Shown piece by piece: positions 63,291-64,000 of a stretch of DNA of 64,000 nt. This DNA is from Octopus sinensis. Lineage: Eukaryota. Both the position numbers and the translations under genes were made by a program. The stretch is from assembly GCF_006345805.1 (NCBI RefSeq), contig NC_043024.1, positions 13,578,001 through 13,642,000 on the forward strand. Direction: 5' to 3'. Each line of letters begins with the position of its first letter. The first letter of the stretch is position 1. Under the pieces are notes generated by a model. It was not told where the DNA came from, made no database searches, and saw only the letters and a list, made by a program, of their open reading frames with translations.

Positions 63291-64000
63291 GTAATCTCCG
63301 TTCGGTATTGCACTGATGTTTCAATAAAAATGGTAATATTGCGATTTGGAATCATTGACTCTGCGAGAGCTGATTACTTTCTGCGACGTGGGAGTGGCTT
63401 TACAAAGCTAAAAGCGTCGCTAATTAATGCCAAAAATCAATTCCTTATTATCCATTAAATTCCGTTCGTTTAATCTTCATTCTAAAACACCTCTTTACAA
63501 CCAATCATTCCTCGTCCGTCTGTCCATCCTTCTTCATCTATCAAATCTATTATTCTCATACACGTCTCTTAGATTTCTTGCCCGCATTATACGCTTGGCC
63601 CTTCATCTTTCCCGCTTTCATTTATCATTCCTTTACGTTTCCATGCAGCGCAATTCGACTGCTTCTCACAGGAATATTATTAGACAATGGATGTTTTCTT
63701 TGGAAAGGTCTCAGAACACAAATAATAGAAAAATACCTTTGTGAGTTTTAGTCAATCATTCGGAAGAATAAGCGCCATGATAATGATTTATGATGAACTG
63801 CACGAGTATATATTTACATATGTATATGTATGTATATTTATATATGTGTATTCATATATAAACATAAACATACACGTATATACATGATGAAATACATTGG
63901 TGTAAATAGATGTAATCATATGAGGTGGTAAGTCTATAATATGCTTCTGTGAGTGTAGGTAGCCATGCATATCTGCGCATATATATAGTATATATCCATA

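Overview
AT-rich, repeat-saturated eukaryotic genomic DNA with one 100-N scaffold gap (29725-29824). The repeat content resembles what I recall of Octopus genomes, but this organism call is an inference. I could not identify any protein-coding gene with confidence. Almost all listed ORFs are microsatellite or SINE artefacts. Well supported content: (i) many tRNA-headed SINEs in at least five families (labelled A, B, C, D, F here), several with target-site duplications (TSDs) and nested insertions; (ii) decayed Tc1/mariner transposons, a Helitron helicase relic, two Helentron-like non-autonomous elements and a CR1 LINE 3' end; (iii) large microsatellite fields. The most interesting unannotated layers are: (a) at least five distinct short repeat families carrying minimal type I hammerhead-ribozyme folds, of the kind known from Penelope-like elements. 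Most sit against (TA)n tracts, two occur as inverted pairs, and one is joined to a tRNA-type SINE head. (b) Two copies of SINE family D, flanked by ~113-bp and ~213-bp direct repeats that look like giant TSDs. (c) Family A SINE multimers that repeatedly use the same tail-to-body junction. Low-confidence host-gene traces are a chain of phase-compatible small minus-strand exons at 1-1888 and a possible divergent promoter near 34.8-35.1 kb. All alignments and folds were done by eye.
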